DNA from: Octopus bimaculoides
Taxonomy: Eukaryota
NCBI RefSeq assembly: GCF_001194135.2
Contig: NC_068990.1
Location: forward strand, 88,037,504-88,101,503
Reading direction: 5' to 3'
DNA: 64,000 nucleotides
The position numbers were made by a program, and so were the translations under genes. Every line of letters starts with the position of its first letter. Positions within the stretch are counted from its first letter, which is position 1. Under the pieces are notes generated by a model. That model had not been told where the DNA came from and searched no databases. It was given only the letters and a program-made list of their open reading frames with translations. Shown here piece by piece: positions 30,775-43,600 of the stretch.

Positions 30775-31090
30775 GAAGAGATTGTATTCTTATATATTGT
30801 TCCGACAGTATTGCCCAAATGATATCAGTATCACTTTTAAAATCCACCCAAGGGTTGGTCCCCATGTCATGCGTCCTCTACAGAAATCATGCTCTCAGCA
30901 CATCACAACACTAAGACAGAACTACTTCTCCTCAACTAGACCTGCTCTTTTTAACATCATTCCGAAACACATAAAGGAGGAAAAAGATTTCATAAACTTC
31001 AAAATGTTCCTGGATGAATAACTCCAACAAATTCCAGATAAACTACCTACACCCAGATATACTGCTGCAAACAACAACTCTTTCATCGAA
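30775..31090 (+). mobile_element. CR1/L2-type LINE ORF2 C-terminal relic
   Basis: NYFSSTRPALFNIIPKHIK...FKMFLDE*LQQIPDK...NNNS matches the CR1-group C-terminal pattern. Confidence 0.7.
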
Positions 31091-31634
31091 AAAGCAATGG
31101 TGCCTAAAAATAGCTATACAAAAATACATTACTAAATGTCTTTTCCAGGTGGTGCTATTAATTGAGCTGTGTTGCTGTGGAAATAACTTCAGGAAAAAAC
31201 TTTCCTCATGGACAATATGCATGTAAACACATCAATTGGAATATTAATGACATCATTAGATCATAAGACATTCATGTTTCTATTCAACACTGCTGCTTTG
31301 TGCACCTTCAGAAAAGAAGCAGAGTGTTAGTACAGAATAGATATTAAATATCTCGCATTGCCTTCTGTCACCTAGAAATCACATGTGACATCAGTAAATA
31401 CTGATAACAACCCCCCACACCTTGCCAAGCCAGCACGAATCAATCTGAGAATGGCCAGATGTTGAGGATGTGTGACAGTTATTGAATATATGTATGCTTA
31501 TATGCCTACATGAGTGTGTGTGTGTGTGTGTTCTTTTTATATGCACACACACACATACACATATATACATACATACATTATAAATAGATAGCTATATAGA
31601 TACACATACAAATATGTACACATATATACGTGTA

Positions 31635-31666
<32 letters not shown>

Positions 31667-32529
31667 CAAGCATACATACGCTTACTCACAGACACACATA
31701 TATATACATGTTTCCTTTGAAATTGATTTACAAAAACAACATATTGTGCATATATCAGCAGCAGTAGCAGCTGCATGATCATTTTATGCATTTTCAGTAC
31801 AACATGGATTAGATGGTTGTCATGTTTTTTAACCAATATTTATTCAGAATTACTATCTTCCCGGGCAAATCAGAGAACTATGTCTTGTTTGTACATTTCA
31901 TTTTGGTAGGATTTCTACTAGTGGGATACCTTTTCTAATACCAACTACTTTACATAGTTTACTGGGTAGATATGATCATGTACCTACCACTATACTCTCT
32001 ACAAGCACCACAGAGGCATAAACACTAGAGATGTTGTCTTCAACAAGTCTAACAATGCACCTGCATCTTACATTACCTTCCTTTATTTGCCAACTGATAT
32101 ATGCCCTGATATGGGTAACAATCAGAACAGACTGTCAACCTTTGATATGTATGTGAGTGTACGTTTATAAATACACACATCAATGTGCGATTGCAGGTAG
32201 ACAGATGCAAGTACAGCAATGTGGTTAAGAGGTTTGCCTTCCAACCACTTATTTTTAGGTTCAGTCCCATTGTGTAGCACGTTGAGCAGTTGTCTTCTAC
32301 TGTAGCCCCGAGTCGACCATTGGCTTGCTAATGAATTTGGTAATTTTGCAATATGACGATGTTAGCACAAGTACCTGGATTGAAATGACTATTGGGGATT
32401 TGTTCAACTATACTCGTAAAGTCCGTGCCCCAGCATGGCCACACTAAAATCAATGAAACAAGTAAAAAGAGAGAGATTAAAAAGGAATGGGTGTGAATAC
32501 ACACGCGCGTATGTATGCAAACCTGGGAA

Positions 32530-32845
32530 CCAAACCGTTAATTTTTGATTAACGAAGTTAACATTTTCGTTAATGATCTAACTTTTAAGTTAACTTTGGA
32601 AATTATTATCAGACTAATTAACTTTCGTTAACTTCATTTGAATTGAAGTTAACAGATTTTATAGTTTTGGAACTTTTTAAAGCTGTTTTTAGAGCAAAAC
32701 CTGATTTTTTTTTTATAATAGAAATTAACTTTTAACGGTATATCGATAACTTCCGTTACATTTTTAAAGAATTAACTGATTAACGGTTAACTTTTTGGTT
32801 AATGGATTAACGAAGTTAAATTTTGGTTTAACGGTGGCCATCTTT
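32530..32845. mobile_element. Probable non-autonomous DNA transposon with many GTTAAC sub-terminal motifs
   Basis: Loosely inverted ends (...ACCGTTAA / TTAACGGT...) and repeated TTAACG/GTTAAC motifs; no TSD resolved. Confidence 0.45.
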
Positions 32846-34411
32846 GTTTGTTTGTATGTATGTATGGATACATGCATGACAGCATGAATCAGGACTGAAA
32901 CAATTCAAATATTACCATGCCTGAGTTGAGGGAGGAAATCCAGCTGCAGTATAAAGCTTAATTTCTGACTGCCAAGCAAACTGATACAACACTGGAGCTT
33001 TCTCTTTCACTGAGCTAAGGATGACATCGCAAATGAACTGAAGGTATTTCGTGTCTTTTTCATGGAGCTTGAAACCTGGACAAGTGTTAACGTATGTCTT
33101 GTGTTATGAACGGGTACTTCACCCTTCAGTTCAGTATCAAATGCGAATTACGAAGAGATGTGGTTAGAGAGCGATGACAAACGTTTTATCAAGAGATGTC
33201 TCAAAGTAAAACCACTGGCCATAATGTGGAAATCACAATAAAGAACGTATGTATGGGAAGTTACTCTCAGAAGCAAGTTTCTTTACGAAATGCTCCAAAC
33301 ATTCTCAAATTTCAAGGAACGCGTTAGTGGCTGTCAGAAATTCCGTCCTGTGAGACATTGGTGGCAAAGACCATCAGTTCTGGAACCAAACACTGTAGGA
33401 AGGGAAATGATTACCTTTCTGGCTTTATCTGAGGATAAATTGGAGCTCAGAAATCCAACTGTGTCATTGGAAGCTATCAACTACTGAGAGAGATTGAGTT
33501 GTCTGATAATTACACTAAGCAAAACTAGAAAGAATATGATGTCAAATTCACACTGAAAAAGAATTTTTTTTACTCAGTAGACTTGCTATAAGAAATAGTG
33601 AAGTTTCGAATTATCATTTCAAAGAAGTGTGATCCGGCTTCTTCGTGAGTTGTGTCGGTAGAGATAGAGATACTCATATTTGAAGGGGCCACAGGCAAAA
33701 CAACTGACTGTCCTTTGTGATTCGGTTGATTAACTTTGGCGTGCGTTCAAACTTACAATGTCAAAAATGAAGTGTGTTAATTTATAGTATGTTCCCAATG
33801 ATGCTATTTTCAACTACAGTAAAATCCTGATTCCATCTGTACACCACCAAAACTCAGCCAGACTGGAAAGCACTTTATTCTAAAATTGATACATTACAAA
33901 CCATACAAAAACCACTGCAATGTCCTTGACTTCAAGGACTACTAAAATTACTTTAATTCAACTACTCTAGCAACAATGGATTTGATTCAATTAACTATAT
34001 TCTTGCTTTGAAAAATTGTGATCTTTCGGGTCACACTCTTACCTTAGAAAGCTGTAGACTTATGGTCCCTGATTCAATTCACTTAAACCCTTATCTGAGA
34101 AAATTGACCTTTCACTTGAGTACAGCTCTCATGATAGAAACAAATGGTTTGCTCTGGAGTTTAGAGGAGAGCAAAACTTTGTCCAAGCAGATCATTTGCA
34201 TGTATTTCTATATTGGGTCTTTCATAAACATATGGTTATGGTTGTTAAAAGAATAGTGGTAGTTTATTGGCTTATTATTTGTTGCCATGGCAGGAGACGA
34301 AGTAAAGATTAAATCCAGATCATGAGCTCAGCTGAAGAGATAAAGAGAGAATTAAAAAAAACAAAGAGACCATTTTAGTTAACCTGGTGAAATTTATTAC
34401 AAGTTTCTCTT

Positions 34412-34620
34412 TTATGTCATTTTTCTGAGAAGGGGATTAATTTGGTTCTCTCTGTTGCCAAAATCACCTCCATCATTATAGTGGTTGTATTTGCGCACCC
34501 AGCCACCTCGTGGATTGTTTAACTTGAATGGCCATAGGAAGTTGGAAGCGTATTTGAAGTGTTTGCCAACAGTGTGGATTTCATGGATTAAATCTTCCAT
34601 ACAAATGATACCAAAGCGAC
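34412..34620 (-). CDS. RPL7: RPL7 last exon (G)[14 protein letters not shown]...NPLLRKMT-stop
   Basis: Acceptor cttcttttag, TAA at 34412-34414, AATAAA at 34393-34398. Confidence 0.97.
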
Positions 34621-37600
34621 CTAAAAGAAGGAAAAAAACCATAATATATCATAAATAATCAAGTGGATCAAAGAGATTATCAAACAAATTTAAAACAAAA
34701 TACATCAATATTTGTACAATCAAAATATTTATCACTAAAATACTATCCTTTTAACTCAACACATTCAAAGCACAACAAGCCAAAGTAACCACAAAGCAAT
34801 TCTATTTAATGCTTTATACAGTCAATTGGATGCTTTATGTGCATGTATATATAATTCACAATATGGATGTCTGTTCAGATTGTCTTTTAAATTCACTAAC
34901 AAGGATTCGGTCAGACCAGCATTATAAAAGACGTTTGCCCAAAGTGCAACGCAGCATAAATGAACTTAAAACCATGACTTCAGAAACAGTAAGTGGAAAT
35001 GACCAAACAAAAAGTACTAACAGGAACTGGTGACAATATGCTACTACACATGTTTACTGTAACTAAAATTTAATAACAAAATGTTTTTATGTTAGAGGGA
35101 ATTTGCTGCCTTTGTAGAAAGAGAGAGTGCTAAAATTTACTTACCAAGCTTCCTTTCAATGAGAGCATTATCAGTCAATGGAATACGTCGTCCTTCTATT
35201 TTACCATATCCTCTTTTATAGACCAATTCACGAACACTCTTCAGGTTAGGGTACCTAACAATAACAAAAAAAAAATCCATGTCAAAATCAAGATAAAACA
35301 AGCTTATTCAAAGCGACAAGATAAATGTATTTTAATATGATCAAACGATCCCACATCAGGCAAAATATATTTGTAATTTATTTGCCTCTCCGTATATCCA
35401 TAAAAAGATATTCTCACTTAGTCAACTGATAACCTTCAAAGGATATTTTGTCAGCTCATGTTATTCAACACCTCTTCTGTGTAACTTTAGCCTCATTCGA
35501 GAAAAAACTGTCAAAAGTGTTCCTATTTACACCATCTATGTGTGTTTTCTTTGCAGTTTATTAAGCAAACTTACGACATAAAAAAGTGGATTCCTTTCCT
35601 CCATGATTGAAATACTGAGTCGGCATGAAAGTAATTTCCTTTTCGGAAATAGAGTTACAATTTTTTTTTAATGACTTTTTTCTATGTTATCTTTTTCCTT
35701 CTGACATTTGATAGCTGTTACTTTTTGCTTACTTTAGAAGCAAACTACACATAATTCTGTTCACAGTTGTCAATTATAAAATGCTGTGCAAAATCGAACA
35801 CTCACATTTTACTGACACAAGCAACATTAGTAGTGCTCATGCTGAAGTTAAAATGAAAATCACACCACACGAATGATAACATGCCTGGATGGCTGCTTAC
35901 CCCCAAGTGATATAAGGTTCGCAAATCTTGATCATCTGTAAAGTTGCTTTGTTGACTTTGACAAAGACACCATTGTTAATCTGTCTCAGCCTAAACAACT
36001 GCATTACCTTTCTGGGTCGTGGATGGACTCCATTGATACTGGAAAATAGAAATATGAGATAACATACATGAAATATAGGAAACTGAAATAGGAACATTAC
36101 ATTTCATCAAAAGTTGGAGTTATTAATAGTGTTGTAAGGTAGCATTAACCCTTTCTAACACACCTTATGTGTTTCACTTAAATTCTAAAATAATCATCAA
36201 CATTTAACAACCATATTCCATGCAGATATCAACAGTAGATTAAAAAAAATTAGGTCCACAGGAATTGAAATTTGTGGACTAAAAGGTGGTTGAAAGTGGT
36301 GGAGATACAGGAAGATAAGCAAATATACTGACTAGTTCAGATTTTGCAGCCTTCACATACATGTTATTTACAGTTTAGACTGAAAATTAATTGCTTCTGC
36401 TAGATACATAGAACTTAAGATTACAAATGTTGAGCTAGTTCTGCACCAAGTCTATTGCTTTATTCTTTAATACAGGAAGTCACTTTTCCTTACATCATCA
36501 TCATTTAACGTCTGTTGTCCATGCTGGCAAGCAGGGAAGTTGCATCAGACTCTAGTCTGACTCGGCATAATTTTTATAGTTGGATGCCCTTCCAAACACC
36601 AACCACTTGACAAGATTGTGCTGGGTGCCTTTAAGTGGCACCAGCCTTGCAGGTCAATCTTCACCACCATGGAGACCAGTCCTAACAGTTCTGCTGTGGA
36701 ATACCGGTTTACTTGAGCACAGGAAGGTGTCAGGCATCTTGGTCTTCTTTCATCTCACCTGACAAGTCCAGAGTCCTGAGATCATTCTTCAGTACTTCGT
36801 CCCATGTCTTCCTGGGTCTCCCACTTCCACACTTTACATTTACTTTGAGAGATCGGCACTTCTTTATGGAGCTGTCAGCAACCCTCGTCACATGATCAAA
36901 CCAGCAGTCTTCTCTTACACGCAGCCATTAATTCCCATGCCTAACTTCTCTCTCAAAACATTAGCACCATCAGACATGTATACTTATGTATACAAATCCA
37001 GCAGGGTATACTAGCCTCATTCCTTTCTAACCTTCACATGTCCTCTGCATTCAGGGCTCACGTCTCACTATCATGTAGAATGTAAAACACTCATATACAC
37101 CATATAGTTCTCCAAAACCCCAATCTTCACCCAAAATCAAGAGAAAAAAATAAGCTGTTACAATGAGGAGTTAAGAATTTGAAGTAATCTTTTTGTAGTA
37201 ACATACCCTCTAATTCTTATGACAAAAGCCAATTTTGCACCACTGGGAACATAATAGTTTCCAGCTCGGCGAGCTTCACGACGCAGCCTGATCTCCTCAC
37301 GTGCCTGCATGCGATACTCTTTTACATATTTCTCAGCTCGATGAAAGATTGTTATCTTCTTCTTCTTGAGTTTCTGAAGTGAAAGATTAATTATTGGATC
37401 ACTCTACTGTCTTAAAACTAGAATTGGGAAGAGAAAACTCTTTTGCCATTCATCTGTGAAAAAATATTCAGATGGCATATATAAGCTAACAACTATTTAA
37501 CATTCATTCACCTGTTTCAGTTTATAAATCAATAATTCCTTACAGTTGAGTTACATAACCACTAAAGAGAGATTAAAATATTTTTATAAATATCTAGACT

Positions 37601-40600
37601 ACATTTTAACAGATTTTAATAAAAAAAAAAAAATTAAAAAAATTACTGTTCAATTTTTAATCAAAAACAATTTTCCCTTTTCAACATCAATATCTAGTTC
37701 TAATAAAACCATCTCCACTAAAAAGAATGCAAAATGATAAAGGAATAGTAAGAGATACCTACAGCTTTTTTCTGGAGAATATTAGCCTTTCGTTTAATAG
37801 CTTGAGCTTTCCTGGTTTTCCTTCTCTTCAATACACTTTCAGGTACTTTGGGGATTTTTTTTTCACTGGAAAGAAAAATAATTTTCAGATAGAGAAAATA
37901 CAGAAAAAACACTATATTCATGGAATTTAGAAATAACTTCGTAAGAGCTTAAATTAACAATACCAAAAGATGTAATAAGTAAATGAGAAAACAAAATCAC
38001 ACTTACCCATCAGTTTTTTTCCCAGCACTGAAAAATTAAAAGTACACATTGAAAATTTTTTTTGTTACTCAATATTTCAAATAAACCATTTAGAATTTTA
38101 AACTGATGATAATCATCTAAAATATATTTAACTAGAAAACACATATATATTGCATATTATTTGGACTGTTTTTAAAAGCACAATAAAGCACTCAGGATAT
38201 TGTAAGTTGACCTCATCAGCTGAACAGATAATCATCATCATCATCATCGTTTAACGTCCGCTTTCCATGCTAGCATGGGTTGGACGATTTGACTGAGGAC
38301 TGGTGGAATAATGTATAGATTAATAAGGTTTTAATGAAAGCTACAGGGTTAACTTTCCAGATGTTTATAAAATTTGTGTGGCATGATCCTTACTCTTATG
38401 TGGTATGCATTCATAATGCATGGTGCTCAGTATTATTTAACTAAAAAGTAAATATATCACATTCTTCAATGAATTTACTGTTGAAAACATGTAGAATGTT
38501 TGTGAATAAACATGTTTCAATGCTTCGATATTGCCAAAGTGTATGGAGTTAAAAAAGGTTTAACACAGAGTGAGTGATAGTGTGAGGTCTATTGGTTAGG
38601 GTACTGCACTCACAAATGCAAGATGGTGATTTCAATTCTTGGACTGGACAGGGCAAGCATTCCACTTTGCTCCTGCCCACGCAACAGTAAATGAGTAACC
38701 CTACAACTGACTGGCATGCCATTCAGTGGGAATCTGCTCCTGCCCACGCAACAGTAAATGAGTAACCCTACAACTGACTGGCATGCCATTCAGTGGGAAT
38801 CTTATAATCTCTCATATGCTACAAAAACTTAACTAACCCAATGAGCCCTAGAACTTGAAACAGTAAAGGTTGCACACAATAGTGTGGACAAGATATTCTA
38901 GTATCACCTTAACCATTTTAGCATTTAGATTACTCTCCCAAATTTATTGCTTACTTATTAAAACTGTTTTGTATAAATCATACATTATCTTGTAGCTATG
39001 AAATCTCACTGAGAATGATATAGTAGGGTAGGTGTGAGAGGCAGGATCTAGCTGGTTTGAATACAAAGCAGGTAGAATATTTCGCCAGGTTAAATGCTAA
39101 ATGGTTAAGCTCTAGAGCTTTAACAATTAAAAAATGGTTATCTACACAAACAAGACAACACCTGAGTCAATCAGAGGCCTCTACTAACAGTCCCAAATCC
39201 CTCAAACTCTAACCTACAGTTTTAAACAAGGACACATTGGATTCTATAGTTCTAAAACGTTCTGAAAGGACAAGTTAGTCACTGTTGGAATGCTTTTGAT
39301 GAATATGAATGGTGAGCCGGAATTAAAAATCTGATAAAATAATACTCACTCTCCAGTTTTCTTTGCAGCCCTGAAAAATTAAAATGACATCACAGTCATA
39401 TATTGACAAACACAACAAAGTAATTTTCAATATTACATAGCTAATGTTTATATTAAAATTAAGACGTATCTTCATAATCCTCATTAACATTTGTGTCTTT
39501 TTGCTTGCATGGATTAGACAAAATTCATTAAGACAGATTTTCTATGATTGGATGCCACTTCCGAGCACCAACCCTCACCCGTTTTCAAGTATGGTAATAT
39601 TTCTCTATGGCCAGATAACATCTTCACAGATTAGGACGACAGATTAGTAAAGCACGTTTACAACTAGGTTGATGTCAAGATAGAGACACAAGCACACACA
39701 ACTACCTAATTTCCACAAAGCTGTGATTGAACTGGGCTTACAAGACATTTGTCCAAGTGTCATTGCATGAGGCTGAACTGAAAATCATGTGGTTGGGAAG
39801 AACTTAACCACATAGTATTGCTTTAAATATTCAATAATTCTGAAATTTTTTATATGTATAACTTGTCAACAAAATTATTTAATTCCATAAAAGTACAGCC
39901 AGCCATCACTTACCAACAAGTATGGCATAATTATTTTAGGTACCTAGTCATGAGTAAACAGATCCCCCCACAGCCCCTTTAGAGGCAATATCCAGGATAT
40001 CAGCAGGAGGGAGAGAGGGCTGTTTCAGTAGCCTGTTAGTACCTTTAGAGCTGAGTAGATTAGAGCAATCCACTGTCCAGTTCAAGAATTGAACCCATGA
40101 CTTTACCCAGAGTCAAACATCCATAGACAATGACCTTTCACATACTCAACTACACATGAACAAGATAATACTCACACTCGAGTTTTCTTGGCAACACTGA
40201 AAAATTAAAATAACAGCATATTTAAGATCTATATTGATCAACATTTCAATTAAGTGATTTACAATATTATATAAATATGAAAAACATCTAAAGAATTTAC
40301 TGTCTTAAATTACTAAAATATACTGCTTTCATAATCATTTAATGTCTGTTTTCAATGCCGACATGGTTTAGACGGTTTGACTGAAAAGTAGTAAGCCAGG
40401 GAGCGGCACCAGGTTCCAATCTGATTTAGCATGGCTTCTACAGCTGTAGGCTCTTCTTTATACCATTGTGGAAAGTTCCAAGGGACTGTTGAAGAAAAGT
40501 GGGGCAATAATGGGGTGGCTATTCATGTAAAAACAACAAAATAATGGGTTCAATAGGTCAAGTTTTATTTGTGAAATACAGTTGCTTTGAATTTGTTTCA

Positions 40601-43600
40601 AAAAGAGTCCTATGTTTGTGACGTTTAGTTGGGGTGGGGGTGCCAGGAATGTTGCCCAGGTGTCAAGGGGGCAACAGCCCAAAAATTCCTGGGAACCAAT
40701 GATGTAGAACATATGTAAGGATTTACACCACTTCATTCTTCTATGAGACCACCTATCCTTATAGATGGTTGGTTATCACTTATCCTATTAAGTTTATTTG
40801 TAATTTCTTACTACCGATTACAGCTGAATAGATTTAAGCAATGCACTGCCCTGTTCAAGAATTGAACCCATGACTTTACTCAGAGTCAAACATCCATAGA
40901 CAACGAGCGTTCACATATTCAACTACATATCAACAAGGTAATACTCACGTTCTAGTTTTCTTCAAAGGACTGCAAAATAAAAATAACAGTATATTACACA
41001 TCTATATTGATCAACATTTCAAATTAAGTGATTTACAATATATTGGCACTGGTGCATAATTATTGCAGCGTTTTTTGGGCGAAATTTTATCAACAAAAAC
41101 ATCTTTAAATGATTATTCTGGAGCATATTTACCATCTACTTCAATTAATGCTCACAATTTGCTTGGCAGACAGTCAGGCCGTCATTTAAAGATGTTTTTG
41201 TGGCATTAAATTTCTTCAAACTAAGCCGCAATAATTATGCACCAACCCAATATGAATATGAAAACCATCTAAAGAATTTACGGTCTCAAATTACTAAAAT
41301 ACACTGCTTTCATAATCCTTTAACGTCTGTTTTCATCGCTGGCATGGGTTAGACAGTTTGACTGAAAAGCAGTAAGCCACACCAGGTTCCAATCAGATCG
41401 AGAATGGTTTCTAAAGCTGGATGCCCTTCCGTACACCGTTGTTAAAACGATGATAATCATTATTCACCTTTATACATGTAGAGCTGTGGTTCCCAAAGTG
41501 GACTATTGCCCATTCCACTCCACCCCCCTGGGAGCAGTGGAAGGTTCAAAGTGGACATTGAAGAAAAGCGGGGCAATAATTGGTAGTGATTCATATAAAA
41601 ACAAAATAAAGGGTTAGCTTAAGTTCTATTTGTGAAATATAGTAACTTTGAATTTGCTTCAGAAAGCAGTCTATATTTGTGATGGTTAGTTAGGGTGAGG
41701 GTGCTAAGAATGTCACCTGGGCGTCAAGGGGGCAACAGCACAAAAATGCCTGGGAACCACTGATGTAGAGCATGTGTGAGGATTTACACCACTTCATTCC
41801 TCTAAGAGACCACCTATCTTTATAAGTGGTTGGTTATCACTTATCTTATTAAGTTTATTTGTAATTTCTTACTACCCATTACAGTTGAATAGATTTGAGC
41901 AATGCACTGCCCAGTTCAAGAATCAAACCCATGACTTTACCCAGAGTCAAACATCCATAGACAATGACCTTTCACATACTCAACTACATATCAACAAGGT
42001 AATACTCACGTTCTAGTTTTCTTCACAGGACTGAAAAATTAAAATAATAGCATATTAAACATTTATATTGATCAACATTTCAATTAAGTGATATACAATA
42101 TATTTGCGCTGGTGCATAATTATTGCAGCATTTTTTTGGCAAAATTTATTCAACAAAAACATCTTTAAATGATTATTCTGGAGCATATTTACACTCTCTG
42201 AGTAGTTGGCGTTAGGAAGGGCATCCAGCTGTAGAAACTCTGCCAGATCAGATTGGAGCCTGGTGTAGCCATCTGGTTTCACCAGTCCTCAGTCAAATCG
42301 TCCAACCCATGCTAGCATGGAGAGCAGATGTTAAACGGTGATGATGATGATGATGATTTACCATCTACTTCAATTAATGCTCACCATTTGCTTGGCAGAC
42401 AGTCAGGCCATCATTTAAAGATGTATTTGTGGCATTAAATTTCTTCAAACTAAGCTGCAATAATTATGCACCAACCCAATATAAATATGAAAACCATCTA
42501 AAGAATTTACGGTCTCAAATTACTAAAATACACTGCTTTCATAATCCTTTAACGTCTGTTATCATCGCTGGCATGGGTTAGACAGTAAGCCAAAGAGCCA
42601 CACCAGGTTCCAACCAGATTGAGAATGGTTTCTAAAGCTGGATGCCGATCCTTACACCGTTGCTAAAACAATGATAATCATTATTCACCTTTATACATGT
42701 AGAGCTGTGGTTCCCAAAGTGGACAGTATTGCACATTCCACCCCACCCCCCTGGCAGCAGTGGAAGTTTCAAAGTGGACATTGAAGAAAAGCGGGGCAAT
42801 AATTGGTAGTGATTCATATAAAAACAAAATAATGGGTTAGGTTAAGTTTGTGAAATACAGTTACTTTGAATTTGCTCCAGAAAGCAGTCTGATTGTTAGG
42901 GTGGGGGTGCAAGGAATGTCGTCTGGGCGTCAAGGGGGCAACAGCCCAAAGATGCCTGGGAACCAATAATGTAGAGCATATGTAAGGATTTACACGACTT
43001 TATTACTCTTAAGAGACTACCTATCTTTATAGGTGGTTAGTTATCACTTATCTTATTAAATTTATTTGTAATTTCTTATTACCCATTACAGCTGAATAGA
43101 TTTAAGCAATGCACTGCCCAGTTCAAGAATCGAACCCATGATTTTACCCAGAGTCAAACATCCATACACAATGACCTTTCACATACTCAACTACATATCA
43201 ACAAGGTAATACTCACGCTACAGGTTTCTTCGCATCACTGAAAAATTAAAATAACAGCATATTAAACACTTATATTGATCAACATTTCAATTAAGTGATT
43301 TCCAATATAAATATGAAATATAAATATGAAAACCATCTGAAGAATTTACTGTCTCAAATTACTAATATACACAGCTTTCATAATCCTTTAACGCCTGTTT
43401 TCATCGCTGGCATGGGTTAGACAGTAAGCCAAAGAGCCACACCAGGTTCCAATCAGATTGAGAATGGATTCTACAGCTGGATGCCCTTCCTTACACCGTT
43501 GTTAAAACAATGATAATCATTATTCACCTTTATACATGTAGAGCTGTGGTTCCCAAAGTGGACAGTATTGTCCACCCCTGTGGCTGGTGGGAGGTTCAAA

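Noticed and set aside
32990-34260. Higher-complexity sequence downstream of RPL7 with short ORFs (33290-33487, 34008-34256)
   Set aside because: No recognisable protein motif or coherent splice structure; possibly a decayed element.
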